A DNA stretch of 63,833 nt, filler included, from Intoshia linei (GCA_001642005.1; 5 parts of 5 records of this genome joined end to end with filler, not necessarily neighbours in it), one strand, 5' to 3'. Positions 40,740 through 62,502 are shown, numbered from the whole stretch's first letter. Translations and numbers: made by a program. Notes: a model not told the origin generated them from the sequence alone.

Positions 40740-42125
40740 TATTTGCTTAAATTACTGTATGTAATGCTTATAAATTAAACATATAATCAATCCTTACTTA
40801 TATATGAAAAGTGAATGTGAACTGTTCTCTGTCATAAATTTCTAATAAGACTCTATTATTATATTATGACACAAAAAAATAAAATATAATATATTTTAAA
40901 ATACATTATCAAAAGGAATGCATCATAACTACGCCAATGTTGACTAAAAAAGTAATCACAGTACATGGTAATGTTCTGAAAATTAAACTCTATCGAATGT
41001 GCGTATAAATAATGCGGTTAGAATTTAAAAACATGAGTCAATTATTAAAATATATAATTATTTTTGTTAATTAGAATTATATAATTATACTTATATTGAT
41101 TTTAATTAAAGTGTTCATTTATCAGAACATAGAGGTGAAGCACCGTTTTGTGGTAATAATTTACAATTTATTAATAGCATAAATGTATAACGTAAATAAT
41201 AAGTTCAATTCGTAATTTCGTAACATTTTATCCATTTTGAACCGCATTTATAGTCTAATTGTAAGGATAGATTTTTTTGAATTTCGGAAATATCTGTTAA
41301 CTACGTTCTTATCTCATTATTTAATCTATTACAAAACCTCAATTAATTAAATATTCACAAAAATCATCAAAAAACACATGTTAAAATTTTATCATATTTT
41401 TTACGCGTAACGCCGTAACGGTTTTTAATTAACCAATAATAAAAAACAAAATAAAATAGTGCAAATAACCATGTTTCACGCTGTGATATGCGCATTTTAA
41501 GTCTATCTATGAGTGTGAGTCTTGAATATTAATTCCTGTAGGTCACTTAAATTGAAATATTTATATTTTATTTGCTAGAGAATATTCTCATGTATACAAA
41601 ATTTAATCTGTGTTACCGTTTTTTTCAATAACTAAGAGTATTAGAATTTTAACAAACAAATTCAAAGTCAGATATTTCCGGGAAAAATTAAAATAATTTA
41701 ATAATTTCAATCTCAGAAACTTACCACTTCCCGGTCAAAAACCCCAATTATCCTTTTTTTAAATCAAACGAGTCCTAGAATTTAAAACAATATATACCTT
41801 AAAAAGTAAATCAAAATAAGAAAAAAATGATAAAATAAATAAATTCCATGAGTAATTGAATTTCACTTGCGTAACCTTAAACAAGGTATGTTCAATGAAC
41901 ATTGTTTATTATAGTTAAAAAATTATTACTCATTTTCTCTTAAAGGTAAATAATTTAAATTTTATTTTAATTGGAAACTTAATTAATGAAACATTATGAA
42001 AATGGATTTTTGTAACGATCTGTAAAGTAAATCACTTTAAATAAGAAAATGTCGAAATCAGATACAACCTGCATCTTTTTTAGACTGTTGGAACGTTTAT
42101 TTTTCAAGTTTTTAAATAAAATGAG

Positions 42126-43020
42126 TTAATCTTTATCATCTTCTATAGCATCTTCATTTACAGGTTTTTCTGCTTTTTCAGTGTTATTAATATTGTCTGT
42201 TTTTTTAATATTCGTTTCATTCATTTCACTTACATTTTTTAGTATCTCATCTTTTCTATTCTCATCTTTTTCTACATTTTCATCATTGGGTTTATTCGAT
42301 TCCTCAGCAGTTTCGATATTTTCAACATTGTCAGGTTTATTTATTTCGTCTATATTTTCGTAACCATTTTCTTTTTTTTCATTATTAGCTGAATCGTCAC
42401 TGTCTTCCATATTGTCAATTTTTTCATTATCAAGTTCATTGTTTTCATCTACTGTTTTTCCTTCCATGTCGTCTTCTTCATTTACATCTAAATATGATCA
42501 AGTCGTAAATGAGGATATGATAATACAGTATATCAGTGGTTCTCAAACCGTATATAACAAATTTACATAACCCGAGTCCGGACTTACCCTATTTGAGAAC
42601 TGTGACATGTGATATATACTAACTATTGAAAAAAACAAAAATAATTGAAACACGAAATTTTTAAATAGTTTTACCTTTATTCTCCTTAACTAAATTTGCA
42701 GCCTCGTTTTCCATTTCTTTTAATCTTTCATTTTCCTTTTCTCGTTCCATTTCCTCTTTCAATTTTTCCATAATTTCAAACTCTTTTTGTTCCTTTAACA
42801 TTATAATTTGCCTAGTTCGTTCAATTTCCGCACATTGAATTGCTTCTTCAACAATTTTGATATTTTCTGATTTATCATGTAAATATTGCTGATTTTCGAC
42901 ATATTTTAGCAACCAATTACCAATAAAATTTATTGGATCGGATGGTTTCATTTGGAACAATTCGCATATGCATTTTTTGAGTGGTTGTCCAACCGTTCTT
43001 TTTAAATAATAAGATTCCAT
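42126..43020 (-). CDS. DPY30-domain protein (DYDC1/2-like) with acidic tail; two exons
   Basis: MESYYLKRTVGQPLKKCICELFQMKPSDPINFIGNWLLKYVEN (Dpy-30 motif), coiled coil, then E/N/D-rich exon 2. Confidence 0.82.
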
Positions 43021-43101
43021 TTGATAATTGTTTATATACTCTTAGCAATAGTATATTTATTAATTTTACATGAAGAATAGATTTATAAATTTTAATAAAC
43101 A

Positions 43102-49700
<6,599 letters not shown>

Positions 49701-52493
49701 TCTACTAATTTATATAAACGATGAAAATTATATTTGAAACGTCTATAAACGACAAATTGTAACCTCTCTATAAATAAAGTCTGTTATTATAGCAATAAAC
49801 CTAAATTACTAGTGTACCAAATACATTTCTTTGCAATTACAATTGTACAATTATTTACTAATTATTAATATTGGGAACTAAAAGTATAGTTAACTATGTC
49901 AAATTAAATTATAAATGCAATTACGAAATACATTCAAGGTACGTCTTGCTAGAAAGATGGATGAACGTTAAGACAATTTAAATTCAAAATTGATTTCAAG
50001 ATATTTAGAGAATTTTATAATACACGAATACTCACTACATGGTTATAAAACCATTTTAAAATTAAAGAACCTTATAAAGTTTTCTACGGAGGCAAATATA
50101 TCACTTTCCAAAATCCTGATTGCAGTATATTGACAAAACACCAAATATAATAAAGGTTTAATAATAATCACATCAAATGAGTCACATTTTCAGCAGATAG
50201 AGGTTGATGCTGAGAAGAAAAAATGAATTTAACATGTACATACCCCTGTTTGGTCCAATAAGCTGACTGTGGATAATCTCTTTGTCTAAATATCAAAATG
50301 AAAGATTTCGGACTGCTATTGTATGTAAAGTTACATATTTACAATTTTATGGATATATCTTTATTAGTGTTTTAGAATTCTTCATGAATCATGACATAAT
50401 AAACCAAAATTTCGACTATTAAAAATATCTTATAGTAAAAAAAATTAAATGTGTCCGTCGCACGGAAAAACTTGAGATCCTCAATATAATAAATACAATA
50501 ATGAGAGTAATTCTTGTCTAATTGATTTAGCATTCATTTCGTCGGAATGGGTACATACCACAACAATTTTGCAAGTTTTTGAAAACATTGAAATTGTATT
50601 GTAAAAGTGTCTAAGAATTAAAGATTTATCAAATAATCAATATTATTAAATTACTTTGCAATATCCTGAGATTCAGTCACAAAATGAGATGAATTAATTG
50701 TATACATAATAACACTAATATAAAAATTAATTTATAAACGTTAAAAAAATTCCTAGAAATGTGTCAGATCGTATTTTATATATTAATTTAATATAGCCCA
50801 TTACCAATATTTACTCAAGTATGGTATTAAACTTTGAGAAAAAAGTTTAGCGTTGCTCGGTATATCCACAATTTCCCATTCTTTCTGCAATTAGAAGTAT
50901 TAATAAAATTCAATAAATGATAAAATTTTACAAAAATTTTTAATCAAACTCGCAAAGTAAAAAATGGTCAAATATTTTTTAAAATAAAAATAATACCTTT
51001 CCGATAAGAACAATTCCAATATTCATCTTAAATGAATTGATGGTTTCAAAATGTTGCCCATAAACCAACTAAATATACATTAAAGAACTAATGATTTGAA
51101 ATTTATAAAAGTTAATATTGTTAGAAATAAAATGTTAAAATTACATAACAAAATATGGACGTTTTACCAGAATTTTCTGTACCAATAATTAAAATTGTTC
51201 CTTTTCTGGTATATAATTTATAACAATAAATCAAAACTAAATATCAAAGTAAAAATAAATAAAAACAAATGTATAACATCATCCAAATCAGCATTATATA
51301 TAATATTAAAAATTTGAGTGTATAATTAAAAATAATTAGTGTAAACTTAATTCTTCAAAAAGTTGGCGAGAATTTGTCCTTTTTTTGATTCAGAATTAAA
51401 GTGTCAAGAAAAAAAATTTTAATTCAATAATCAACATCTTATTCTAGAATCTAAACCAGTTTTTCTCAACATTTTTGATGGCCTACCATGACCGTACATG
51501 GAATTAACTCACTGGGCGCACCTATTGAGAAACGCTGTTATAGGTGTTTAGCCTGTGACAAGCCTATTTATAGTGTATAAAAGATTGTGGGTGATTAACA
51601 TCAAATAAACCTGAACAAATCAAAATTGATAAAATTGCAATAGAATATTCAAAAAGGGAATAATCTGAAACATATCCAAATTTCATTTTTAATATTCAAT
51701 TCAACAATATAAATGAAATACTTTAAATTTTTCAATTTAATAGAAACATATGTTTATTATATATTAGGGTGTTTCACAAATTGGAATCTTTATTTGAGGT
51801 AGAAAAATTTAGTCTAGTATTAGTATTACAAACATCATGTTGGCATTAAAATTCGGCAAAATTGTGCCGATGAGTTGCGTATCACGTTTAAAGTTTTTAA
51901 ATTAATATTAATATGAACTTGATTATTTTAGTTTATTATATACTTTTTAATAAATTTGATAATAAAATAAAATGTTTGGTTTAGCTGTTTTTCCCTCTTT
52001 TAAGATCACACAATATCAATTGGCATTTACATTAAATGATATAATAAAAAATTAAAAAGGATAATTCATTTTCTGCAGGAGTTATGCATTGATTTTTTCT
52101 CTCCTTGGTGTATTTCCTTAATCCGCAATATTTATAACTTATCTGTAAAATGTACGCATTAAGTATTTATAACATAAAAAATAGCATAAGTAAGTATTAC
52201 ATTAATTGACATTGATAATTTTTAAATTATTTAAACCACTGCAAGCTATGCTTAAGTGATTTCCTTTCACTTATTAACATAGATGGTTTTATTTATCAAC
52301 GTATTCGTATGTTTACAAGTCAGGAATTCAAGTTTTACAAGTATTGAAATTTGAAGTGGATTATAAAATATAGTTTAAATTTAAAATATACGGATTTAAC
52401 TTAAATCCATGTTTTATTTACATGCGTGAATAATTAATTACTTTATTTTCATTTTATAATACTTTTATTTTATTCAATATAACTTCTCGTCAA

Positions 52494-53064
52494 TTGGACT
52501 TTGTTGTTGGTCATTATTTTGATTATGATTTGAACCTAAATAAAATACCTTCAAGAAAAGATGTTCTTCGAAGAATATTATGTTTGAAACAAAGTAAAAA
52601 AGTATTCGTTTTCAGAATAATTAGTGGTGAATTGAGTGAAATATATATTAAAACTGGGTTAAACATTATTGGAGGAAAGAGGATTGAAGACAAGTTAAGA
52701 AAGTTATATAGTGAATATAGAATGGCCTCTAGAAGGAAAAATACTCCACAATGTAACGATTTTACTGTCATAAAAGTGATCAATCAAAAGCACTAAACGA
52801 AGATTTACTGTTTCTGGAAAATCATAAAAAAAATATTGGATGTATCGCTAGTCCATGCACAAAAATTCACCTGTATACACCTAAAAGATTTAAGAATATA
52901 AAAATTATAAATGAAACTCAAATGGAGAGAGAAAGTGGAGTATACGATAAAATGCACTTTGTCATCAAACCTATGTACCAAATTCAAATTGTTCTACAGA
53001 ACCTGTCAGGAAATATTAGATGATGTATTTGGATATTGTGGAATATCAACGTCCTCAATATGGA
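52494..53064 (+). mobile_element. Probable DNA-transposon ORF relic
   Basis: Intronless, frameshifted ORFs (IPSRKDVLRRIL...IYIKTGLNIIGGKRIEDKL) ending at a gap; family uncertain. Confidence 0.35.
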
Positions 53065-53766
53065 NNNNNNNNNNNNNNNNNNNNNNNNNNNNNNNNNNNN
53101 NNNNNNNNTTAATTAATTAANNNNNNNNNNNNNNNNNNNNNNNNNNNNNNNNNNNNNNNNNNNNTTTATTAATGAGGTATTGGGTTTTGTAATTTCGATC
53201 CTCGTTATTACTCATTTTCATGTTCATAAAATGGGTGGTTAAGATTTAAGTTAACTGGATGATATGTTTAAGTGTTATTCTGGAGTGGCTCGGTGATCCG
53301 CGGTTGATATTTAATGGTTTACAAAAAATTTGTTCTTGTTTTTGGTTATTTATTTGATTAAAAATCGTCATTGTTGGGGTAATTTGGACATTTATTTAAA
53401 CATTATTATACTTAGTTTAAAACAGCTCAACAAAGTCAATGCTTCGAATCGTATTACAGAACTCTATTGCCGATATGTAGGTACTACACTAAACATTTGC
53501 AGATTATGATTTATACCCCAATTTAGTGGTATCGTTTTTAAAACATACGAGGGTTCACTGTAATATACTAAATCATCTATCTTATCTCAAATACGAACAT
53601 TTTAAGCTGACATAATGTATTTATTTATAACAAGTAATAAAATTTTTTACTTTTTAAACGATTACAACGTAAGATGTATCATTTTGAAAATTCCACTAAT
53701 GTAGTCAAAATAAAAAAAAAATTGAAATAATTTAATGTAAATTTATTTTTTTAATATTATTTTTAG

Positions 53767-54613
53767 TTACAAATTTGGGATACTGCTGGTATTTTTATTG
53801 AAATATTTTATTTATATAGTACTTTTCCAAAATTTTGATAAGATTCAGTTAATCAATAAACCCAATTCTATAAACCACGCTTTTCGGAATGTGGGGCGTG
53901 AGATNTGGTATTTTTATTGAAATATTTTATTTATATAGTACTTTTCCAAAATTTTGATAAGATTCAGTTAACCAATAAACCCAATTCTATATACCACGCT
54001 TAAAGGAATGTGGGTCGTGAGATTAATTATAGAATTTTTAAAAAGTCATTATAACTTTAATATTCATATTACACATACATTATTGATGTATAAATTATAA
54101 TTTAACATAACCAGTATTTTACTTGAAAAAAAATCCTGACAATCCGTGTGATCTACAATTCACAAAACAATTCGGCCATAAATACACATTTTTTAAATCT
54201 GTTTAGGACAAGAAAGATTTCGCAAAAATATGGTCAGCCATTATTATAGAAATGTCCACGCGGTAGTATACGTATTTGATATTTTTAATAGAGAAACTTT
54301 TGCAAGTCTTTCTTATTGGATTCGTCAAACCTCCGAACATAGTTCTAACATACCTAGCGTTGTAGTTGGTAACAAATCTGATTTGCTTAACTCAAAAAAT
54401 GAAAGATGTGTAACTAAAGAAGAAGCAAGGAATTTTTGTGATACATACAATGTAACATACTTTGAAATTTCTTCAAAAGATGGGAGTAGTCAGAGTCAAA
54501 TTGATTCAATCTTCATGACTATTGCATACAATATTAAAGATACAGAACCATTAGACACCGTCAGATCTTTACCGCGACCGAAAAATCAACATCATAATGG
54601 TTGTTGTAAATAA
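53767..54613 (+). CDS. RAB33: Rab33-like GTPase (5' exons missing)
   Basis: LQIWDTAG|QERFRKNMVSHYYRNVHAVVYVFD (Rab33 signature), VVGNKSDL, YFEISSK, C-terminal CCK prenylation motif. Confidence 0.85.
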
Positions 54614-57417
54614 TTGACATTTATTTATTAAATTTTTAAATAAACAGTGTTTTTGATTTTTTATTAACCCTTCTAGAAAATGATATGTATAGTAGTAGAC
54701 AGCAGTGAATTGGATTTTATTTTGTTGAATATATTAGAACTGTTTGTGTTCAGTTAAAATTGAAATGTATCGTGTAAGTTTTCAAAAAATGACCCGTAGA
54801 ATTTATTGATATAAAAAAGTGGCACACGAGATGTAAAAGGTTGCCGACCGCTACTCTAGTAGAATCATTCATTAATTCAAATACTTTTAATTTAAATTTT
54901 AAAAAAAATTAAAGATAACATTAACATTTATTTGGTTGTTTTTGTTGTAATTTCTTCTCTATATTTTGCAAAGCTTTTCCATTTATTATCTAGTGTGAAC
55001 TTTCTGAAATTTTGGGGTAATTTTACTGGTTCAGTAATAATAGATTGCGCTTCACTATCATATCTATACTAAAATAACAATAATGAGTAAAAAAGTAAAA
55101 TCTATCAGTTATAAAATTTCATCCAACACATCAACAGTAGCTACATGCACAAAAACGGTTTTTAAAAAAACAAAATAATATAAAGATAAAATTCCATCTT
55201 TTTGGTCATTTAATGTGAAAGTAGTAAGTTTAAAAACTAAATGTAAAAGATTAACATTAATGTGGTTTATATTCCAATGAAAACAAAGTATACAAAATTT
55301 TAGTAGTCCCATTCTTGATTATTGGAAAAAATTAATAAAAAAGATTACGCATCTTTCTCAAGAATAAAAATTTAGTTAGTTTTTTTGGATATACGTAACA
55401 TGTAAATACATAATAAAATTAAAAAAATTGTATGCATTGTACGTCGTACGTATTATAATATACTAGGTTGAATTTTACCAATATTGTAAAGGATTGTAAT
55501 AAATATAAAAATGATAATAACAAAGTTGTATTACTTTTAGTTTCGTTGTTGCAGTTTTTATTTGAATTTTATTAAAAATGTTTTGAAAATGAGAATTTAA
55601 AATTTAAAAATTGCGTAGCAATGAAAAAATTTCCGAAGGAATTAATTATATAGATTTTCACCCATATTTCTTTATTGGAAATATGTAGACGTTCAATACA
55701 CACTTTTTTGTGAAATTGTAGGATCAATATTTACATTTTCAATTTTCTATATACATTTAACCAAAACTTGTGAAAAATGTACATTTTTCTTTGTCTAATA
55801 ATTATATAATGACTTTATAATCATTGATTATAAATAACGAATTTTTATTTTTCAATTGAGTGTTCTGAAAAAATTAAAATTAATTTAATATTTTTTATTT
55901 GATTTTTCACTCTTCTCTTAAAGAATACAATAATATCACATTTAAAATTGCAGATTCATATAAATACCCTATGTCATTCGACAATACACTCATTTTGGCC
56001 TAAAATATAAAATTGACACTTTTTCAACAAATTTCTAAAAATCGATTCAAACTTCTAGTTGGGTTTCGTTTTCATCAGCCTTTATAGTATTATGGCACAT
56101 TTTACTAATAAGAATATCCAAAAATTTTTGTAAATTACTCCATTTTACGACCAGGAAGAAAGAATTTAACCATTAATTTTTTTTAGTAAATTGATAATAT
56201 AATTTTAAAATGGAAGTATTAGTATTTCGGGAACAACTGTTAAGTAACAATGTAACAATTTCATTTACCTCTACTTTTCCTTCCAGTGGAAAATCTAAAT
56301 ATAATTTTTTAAATTTTGTTTTATGATTCCAAAATATTTTTGCATTTAATTTAAATAATAATTTAAAACACTGACAAAGCCGCGTAGGTCTATTTTGAAT
56401 AAACTAAGGACATATTAGACATTTCCATCAGTGGCGACTCTGGCTAATCGAGATCACTCGGGCTAAAATTTTAGTGACAACCACATATTTTTTTTTCAAA
56501 TTATATTTGAAAATACAGTGGAATCTCGATTATACATATAGTCAATTATACATACAGCAAAATTGTAAATTTAACTTAAGTACATACAGATAATCAAAAC
56601 TTCATATTACATTTTAAGTTTAGATAATTATATGAAATAAAAATTAGTATTTTTAATAGATTTATTTTATATTAAATAATAATGAAATTTTATTTTAAAA
56701 CTTAATTGAGTCTAAATATTAATATTCCCTGATCCNNNNNNNNNNNNNNNNNNNNNNNNNNNNNNNNNNNNNNNNNNNNTTAATTAATTAANNNNNNNNN
56801 NNNNNNNNNNNNNNNNNNNNNNNNNNNNNNNNNNNAATTAAAATAGGTCAGAAGAAAAAAAGTCAAGGACAATTAGTTCTCAAACTGTTCATTTATGTAA
56901 TATTAATAATAGTCGCAATAAAAATATTTAACGCCATCTATTCGTGTTGCGTTTATTAAATCTTAAAAAATCTTAAATAGATCCTATAAAAATATTAAAT
57001 AACAATTAAAACTGAACTTTATTCGATGGGAAAATAGATGCAATGGTCTTATTATGATGAGGCCGGGTTACATTATATGTGATTTATTATTTAAAATTTT
57101 ATAAAAGTTCATTTGTGGCTTTTGGTGACACCCTAGTGGATATGTAATTTCCAAAAAATATGACACCCTAATATGCATTTTTCACTAGACTAACCGGTTA
57201 AGAAACACGCATATAGCTTAACGAGTTATCACGGTAAATTATTAATACTATCACAACATAATATATAATATTACAAAGGAATGGCAGCATTTATCATCAT
57301 ATTGACAGGGAACTTCATTAGAATGAATCAGCCAATACTCATCTTGCATTTTATTGATGTCTATATTACAATATGTAATTAAATATACATAATATATAAC
57401 ATATTATAAATAATATA

Positions 57418-57712
57418 CAGTCAGACTTGTTGATAGTGAACTTAACTAATTATATAGAAAATAAACTTAGATTCATGGTTTATAGAAAATGATCAAGAAA
57501 ATATTTCAAAAATTTGGGATATATAAACCATATTAATGAAAAGTAAAAAGAAAAACCAAGGGGCCTTTCTAAATATATGATTAGAAAGAAGTAATGTATT
57601 AATTTTCTATTACTAATATAAATAAATTATTTTTCTTTTTTATTTATTATTTTTTTATAGTAAACATTAAAAAAATTCGGAACTAAATGTTCACTATCCA
57701 TAAGTCTGACTA
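57418..57712. mobile_element. Tc1/pogo-like MITE
   Basis: TIRs CAGTCAGACTTGTTGATAGTGAAC / GTTCACTATCCATAAGTCTGACT, TA-flanked. Confidence 0.7.
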
Positions 57713-57975
57713 TATAAAATAAATATAGAGGTATATATCAGGGTGTTTCACGCTATAAAACTAATATTATTATGTATTTATATTATTAAAAATGCTGTGC
57801 TCACTTCAAAACAAAATTTTAATGAAACAATTCGCACCTTTGAATTTCCTATATGAACTTAAACAAAATGTGATGTAAAGTTGTTAACTTAAAGTTTTTA
57901 AAAATGTACACCCTAATATATATTAATAATAAAATACTATATCATATACATTTACAATTAAAAAATGAAACAAAC

Positions 57976-60900
57976 CTAGAAAATTGTATCGAATTTGTAA
58001 ATTCATCTCTGAACTGTTCAAATATTGAATACTTAACAAAGATTTAAAATCCATATTCATTACATTTATTGAATTTATAGAGATAATCTAAAGACGAAGA
58101 GATAAAATGTATTAGAAAATATAAACAAGTTTAGATTGTAGCCTCTTAAACAGAGATTCCCAACTAAGAACATATCACTGACCACAAATAGAAATATGGA
58201 TTTTCAAGTATTTCGTAATTTTGTAATACAATTTGTACATTATTGTAGTTATAATGAATATAATATCATAAAAAATAATATATTAAAACGGCTGATACCA
58301 TAATATAATCGGTAACGTCTTGGGATACACGGGGACCCTTTGGGAAGCGCTGCACTATAAATATTTATTTTTAAATTAAATCAAACCTCAAATCCTTTCA
58401 GATCGACCAAGTTAGTATTGGATGAAAGTATAAATAATTTTTTATAATTTCCATTAGTATCAACCAAAAATTTGTAATCTTTCTTACAATTTTGAGAATC
58501 AAATACAAGTTTGAAATCAATTATACTCGCCTTAACAGAACATAATTCCAATAGCATTTCATCATAGTGGCACACGGGAGAAGATATCTAAGTTTATAAA
58601 ATGTAAAATTATTTACATTTTATTAAAAAATTTTTCAAACAAAAAAATCAACATACCTTTTTGAACAAATCTATAAATTTGTTGAGAAAATTGATCAAAT
58701 TTAGATTTGTTTCAAAATCTTCAAAATGAAAATCCACCCAATGATAAACAAATTGAAATATCTAAATATATAAATGTATCGTTTGAAAAATTAAGATACA
58801 GTATCTTCAAAGGGTAAAGAAAATTTAAATGCTAGTCGTATAACATTATTATACATTTATCAAAAATTATATGAATCCATCATGAGTCATACCTTTTCAA
58901 CAGATTTGTTTAATTCAAGAGAGTTTTCTATAAACTTGCACAAATTTACAATATTGGGCAAAAAAATCTTGTAAGTCAATAGAAAATGATAATAGAACGA
59001 TTCCATATTGTATGTATCTTTTTCGTCGAATAATGATTTTATGAGAAATTCTTCTGTAGCCTAAAAGACAAAATAAATAGAGTCCACGTCAACATTCACA
59101 AAATTTGACAAATGAAGTTTAATTATGTACAAATTGTACATATAACATGTATCATATATCAAAATTTAAATGCTTTCTCCAAATTCCAATCCGCGGATCA
59201 GTACCGGGCCCTGAAAAATTTTTACTAATTTAATACCGCTCCGTGGGAATAAAAGTGGGAATCCCTGATATAGATTGTATATTATAATTAAATATATTTC
59301 ATTTTAAAAATTACATTTGCTAAAGTAATACCACTTTTGTTTAAGTCATCCTTCCCACAGTTATCCTCTATCGTAACAGCGACAATTTTATTTTCCTCCA
59401 GAATTTCACGTGAATTTTTTAATTGCTACTATAAAATGTAACTAATAAATTTAGAAATTAAACAAAATGTTCAAATAAATAAATTCGATTACTATAGAAT
59501 AAATAATGTCAACGTTGTATGCAGGAATACAAGCAAAAATACACAATTTTTCCAATGTTCTTAAATTTCCTTTGTGGTATTTACATCGATTAGTATCTTC
59601 AGATATTATACCAAATCTAAATTTTTATTTCGTTAATTTTAAGATTTCATTGATTCAATTATAAAGCATATACAGGTCTCCCTCGATTAATACTAAATTC
59701 GGTAACGCGGTATTTTTTTTATGTGTTAATTCCACAAATAACGCCGGGAAAAATGAATTTAACTAAAATTTTAAATTTTTTACCAAATTTTGTTAGTGGT
59801 CATTTACATTTTCAAATCATATTCAACAAAAATTTATTTATTAATATTAGAGCCCTATCGGGCTCTGTCACAAAGTAACTAAATGAAAACATACAAGATC
59901 TACACTAAGGTGTCTCAAAAAAAATGAAAAATTATATTTTTGAACATCCTTAGGTATAATAGTGATCAAGTATAAAAAAAATGATATTTCCAAAATATTA
60001 ATGCATTTCAACTAATATTGAAGATAGTCTGACCATTTAAGTTTTCTTTATATATACTATATATTACAAAATTAAAACTGAAGTTTATTTTAACGGAAAT
60101 TAGCGTTTAAGCCTTTAAACGTGGTATCGACTCTATAATATTGTTCTCCATCTTTAGTTATACAGTTTACATTTAAAATTTGTTTCTAGCTCAATTTTTT
60201 TGATTTTATTAACGATTTCATTTCTCGAATTCTGGCTATTTACATTATTTAAATTATATTCAAACAAAAAATAAATATAGTATTGTAATGCAAAGTATGT
60301 TGAGAACCACTGGATTAGATTATCAAGACAAATTAGAAGAAAACATAGGTCAAGTTTGTCCCGAATCATTCAAAGCATTCTACGAGTTTAAAAGAACTGT
60401 TGCTAAAACTATTCATTAGTAAGAATTACAAAATAACCGATTATTTCATGGTGAAAAATAAATAGTGTTGTAAATAAATAAATTTTAATCCTTTTCATAT
60501 GTATTTAATTCATTAATGTTTCACTCTGCCTATATTTTAATATCTGATAGCTTATTGATTACTATTCTAGATTAGAAAGTAATTAATATTCTAAAAATTA
60601 ACTATATACAGTAATACTTCACTATAACGAACCAATTCGATCCGAGATCTTGTTCGTTAAGCGGGAGTTTAATTTATATTGACACAATGTAAAAACGGTA
60701 ATTTTCGCCCATTTTTCTATTTTTTTTGTTTTTTAATTTGTTCGTTAAGCGAAGTATTACTGTAATTACAAAAATAATCACAACTTTGATTTCAGATTTT
60801 TATTAAATTTTGATTTTCAGGTATTTAACTCAAAATATCTCCCTAAACCGTGTTGGACAGTAATAGAAACAAATAAAATATCATAATGTATTGCAATAAT

Positions 60901-61848
60901 TTAAATATCAATGAATAATTACATAATTTACTAAAAACCCTGATTTTGGGGCACTTTTCAAAAATTGATGACCCAAACCGAGGTGCAACTGTACTACTAT
61001 TTGGAAAATTGATCCAATACAGGAAAGTGTCCCTGAATGTACGTATAAAGAGCCTTGTATGTCAAACATTGGTGATAGTTGTCTCAATATTTTGGATTCA
61101 TTCAAATTACTGTGATGATAATTTTATAGGTGCTGTTTGTACGTAGTACAAAACAGCCAAGCTAGTTAAATATATTCTCATGAAAATAATTAGAAAAAGT
61201 GATAGTGTTAAAATGCCAAAATATATATAAAGTATTCGTATAAAACTTAAAATTAAAGTTAAATTCATCAAAATATAAGTTTCCATGATTAAATTTAAAA
61301 TTGTGACATTTTTTGAGTAGCTAATGTAAATGCATATCGTAAAATTTATGAAATTGGAGTCGTTGTTATAGAACTGCTGCGTGGATGAATTTTCTGGCAA
61401 CTCTGCTCTACACTGTATATATAAAATGCGTATGTTATATGAAAATATCTAAATTTTTGCCTGATACCGAAAATGTCAATTCGCCGAGATTGGCAACACT
61501 ATAGCAAGATGTGACTTACACTTTTCCAGGTTGATAATGTTCGACCATTCCATTAAAAACATTTTCACAAAAGCCATGTAACAGTATACACCATGAATCA
61601 TACTCTTCATTGTCTCTCAATATATCACATCCAGTAATTTCTGTCACAGCCAATACAGCAGTAGCAGCATATTTGTAAACAAATTCATCATTTTTATCAT
61701 TAAAAAACTAATAGAAAATCAAAGGCAAGTTTATTGAAATGTAAATATATACCTCAAATTGCTTAAAATATTCCTTGATACAGTTAGTCTGAAGGTTAGT
61801 TCGTGAATCCGGTAAAGAATTGAGAGCAAATAAAGCAGATTCTTTAGT
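57976..61848 (-). CDS. PDZ-GEF (RAPGEF2/RAPGEF6-like): cNMP-like, REM and PDZ exons; ends not defined
   Basis: ILRDNEEYDSWCILLHG, FGI...HKGNLRTLEKLCIFACI, ATEEFLI...HFLLTYKIFL, VYHWVDFHFEDFE, collinear with the RAPGEF2 domains. Confidence 0.8.
60609..60762. mobile_element. Tigger/pogo-like MITE (~154 bp)
   Basis: TIRs CAGTAATACTTCACTATAACGAAC / GTTCGTTAAGCGAAGTATTACTG with TA on both sides. Confidence 0.78.
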
Positions 61849-62502
61849 CTAATAAAAAAATATGAATATAGTATAAATTATAATATTAACTTACATGTAT
61901 GGAAACAGTTTAAATAATTAATAAATAATCAGAAATACATGTTTACTTTTTTTTAAATGTACCTTTAAATTTAGATCATTCATTTAAATTTTATAAAAGT
62001 TTATTGAGATTCATTATAAAATGTATTAACGATTTCCTTAAATAATGATTATTTACGGATATTGCAATCAAGCATAACAGTTTATTTTTGTTAAAATGTA
62101 TCAAAATAACCATAGAACCATAATGTATCAATTATCAATATTTATTGATATCAAATGTTTTTATAGTGTCTAAAATATAAATTTATTTTAATCGATAAGC
62201 TAGTCACGTTTTAAATATTGACTACTGTAATCATTAAAATGTAATGTAGCCATAATCAGTTTGTTTTGGTATTATCTTATTTGAAGCTAATCTAATAGAC
62301 AATTGATACAATGTTATGATATACAATTATCGAAAAATTATATTGTAGTATTGAAGACTATGATTGTAATTGTACAACGTGTTGTTAAAGTATTTATTAA
62401 TANNNNNNNNNNNNNNNNNNNNNNNNNNNNNNNNNNNNNNNNNNNNTTAATTAATTAANNNNNNNNNNNNNNNNNNNNNNNNNNNNNNNNNNNNNNNNNN
62501 NN

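Noticed and set aside
9733-43020. Functional ciliary gene cluster (CFAP73, SAS-6, TAPT1, DYDC)
   Set aside because: Interspersed with unrelated housekeeping genes; enrichment cannot be shown from one window.
53787-54023. ~118-bp tandem duplication including the Rab33 donor site
   Set aside because: The copies are separated by a single N; typical contig-end overlap artefact.
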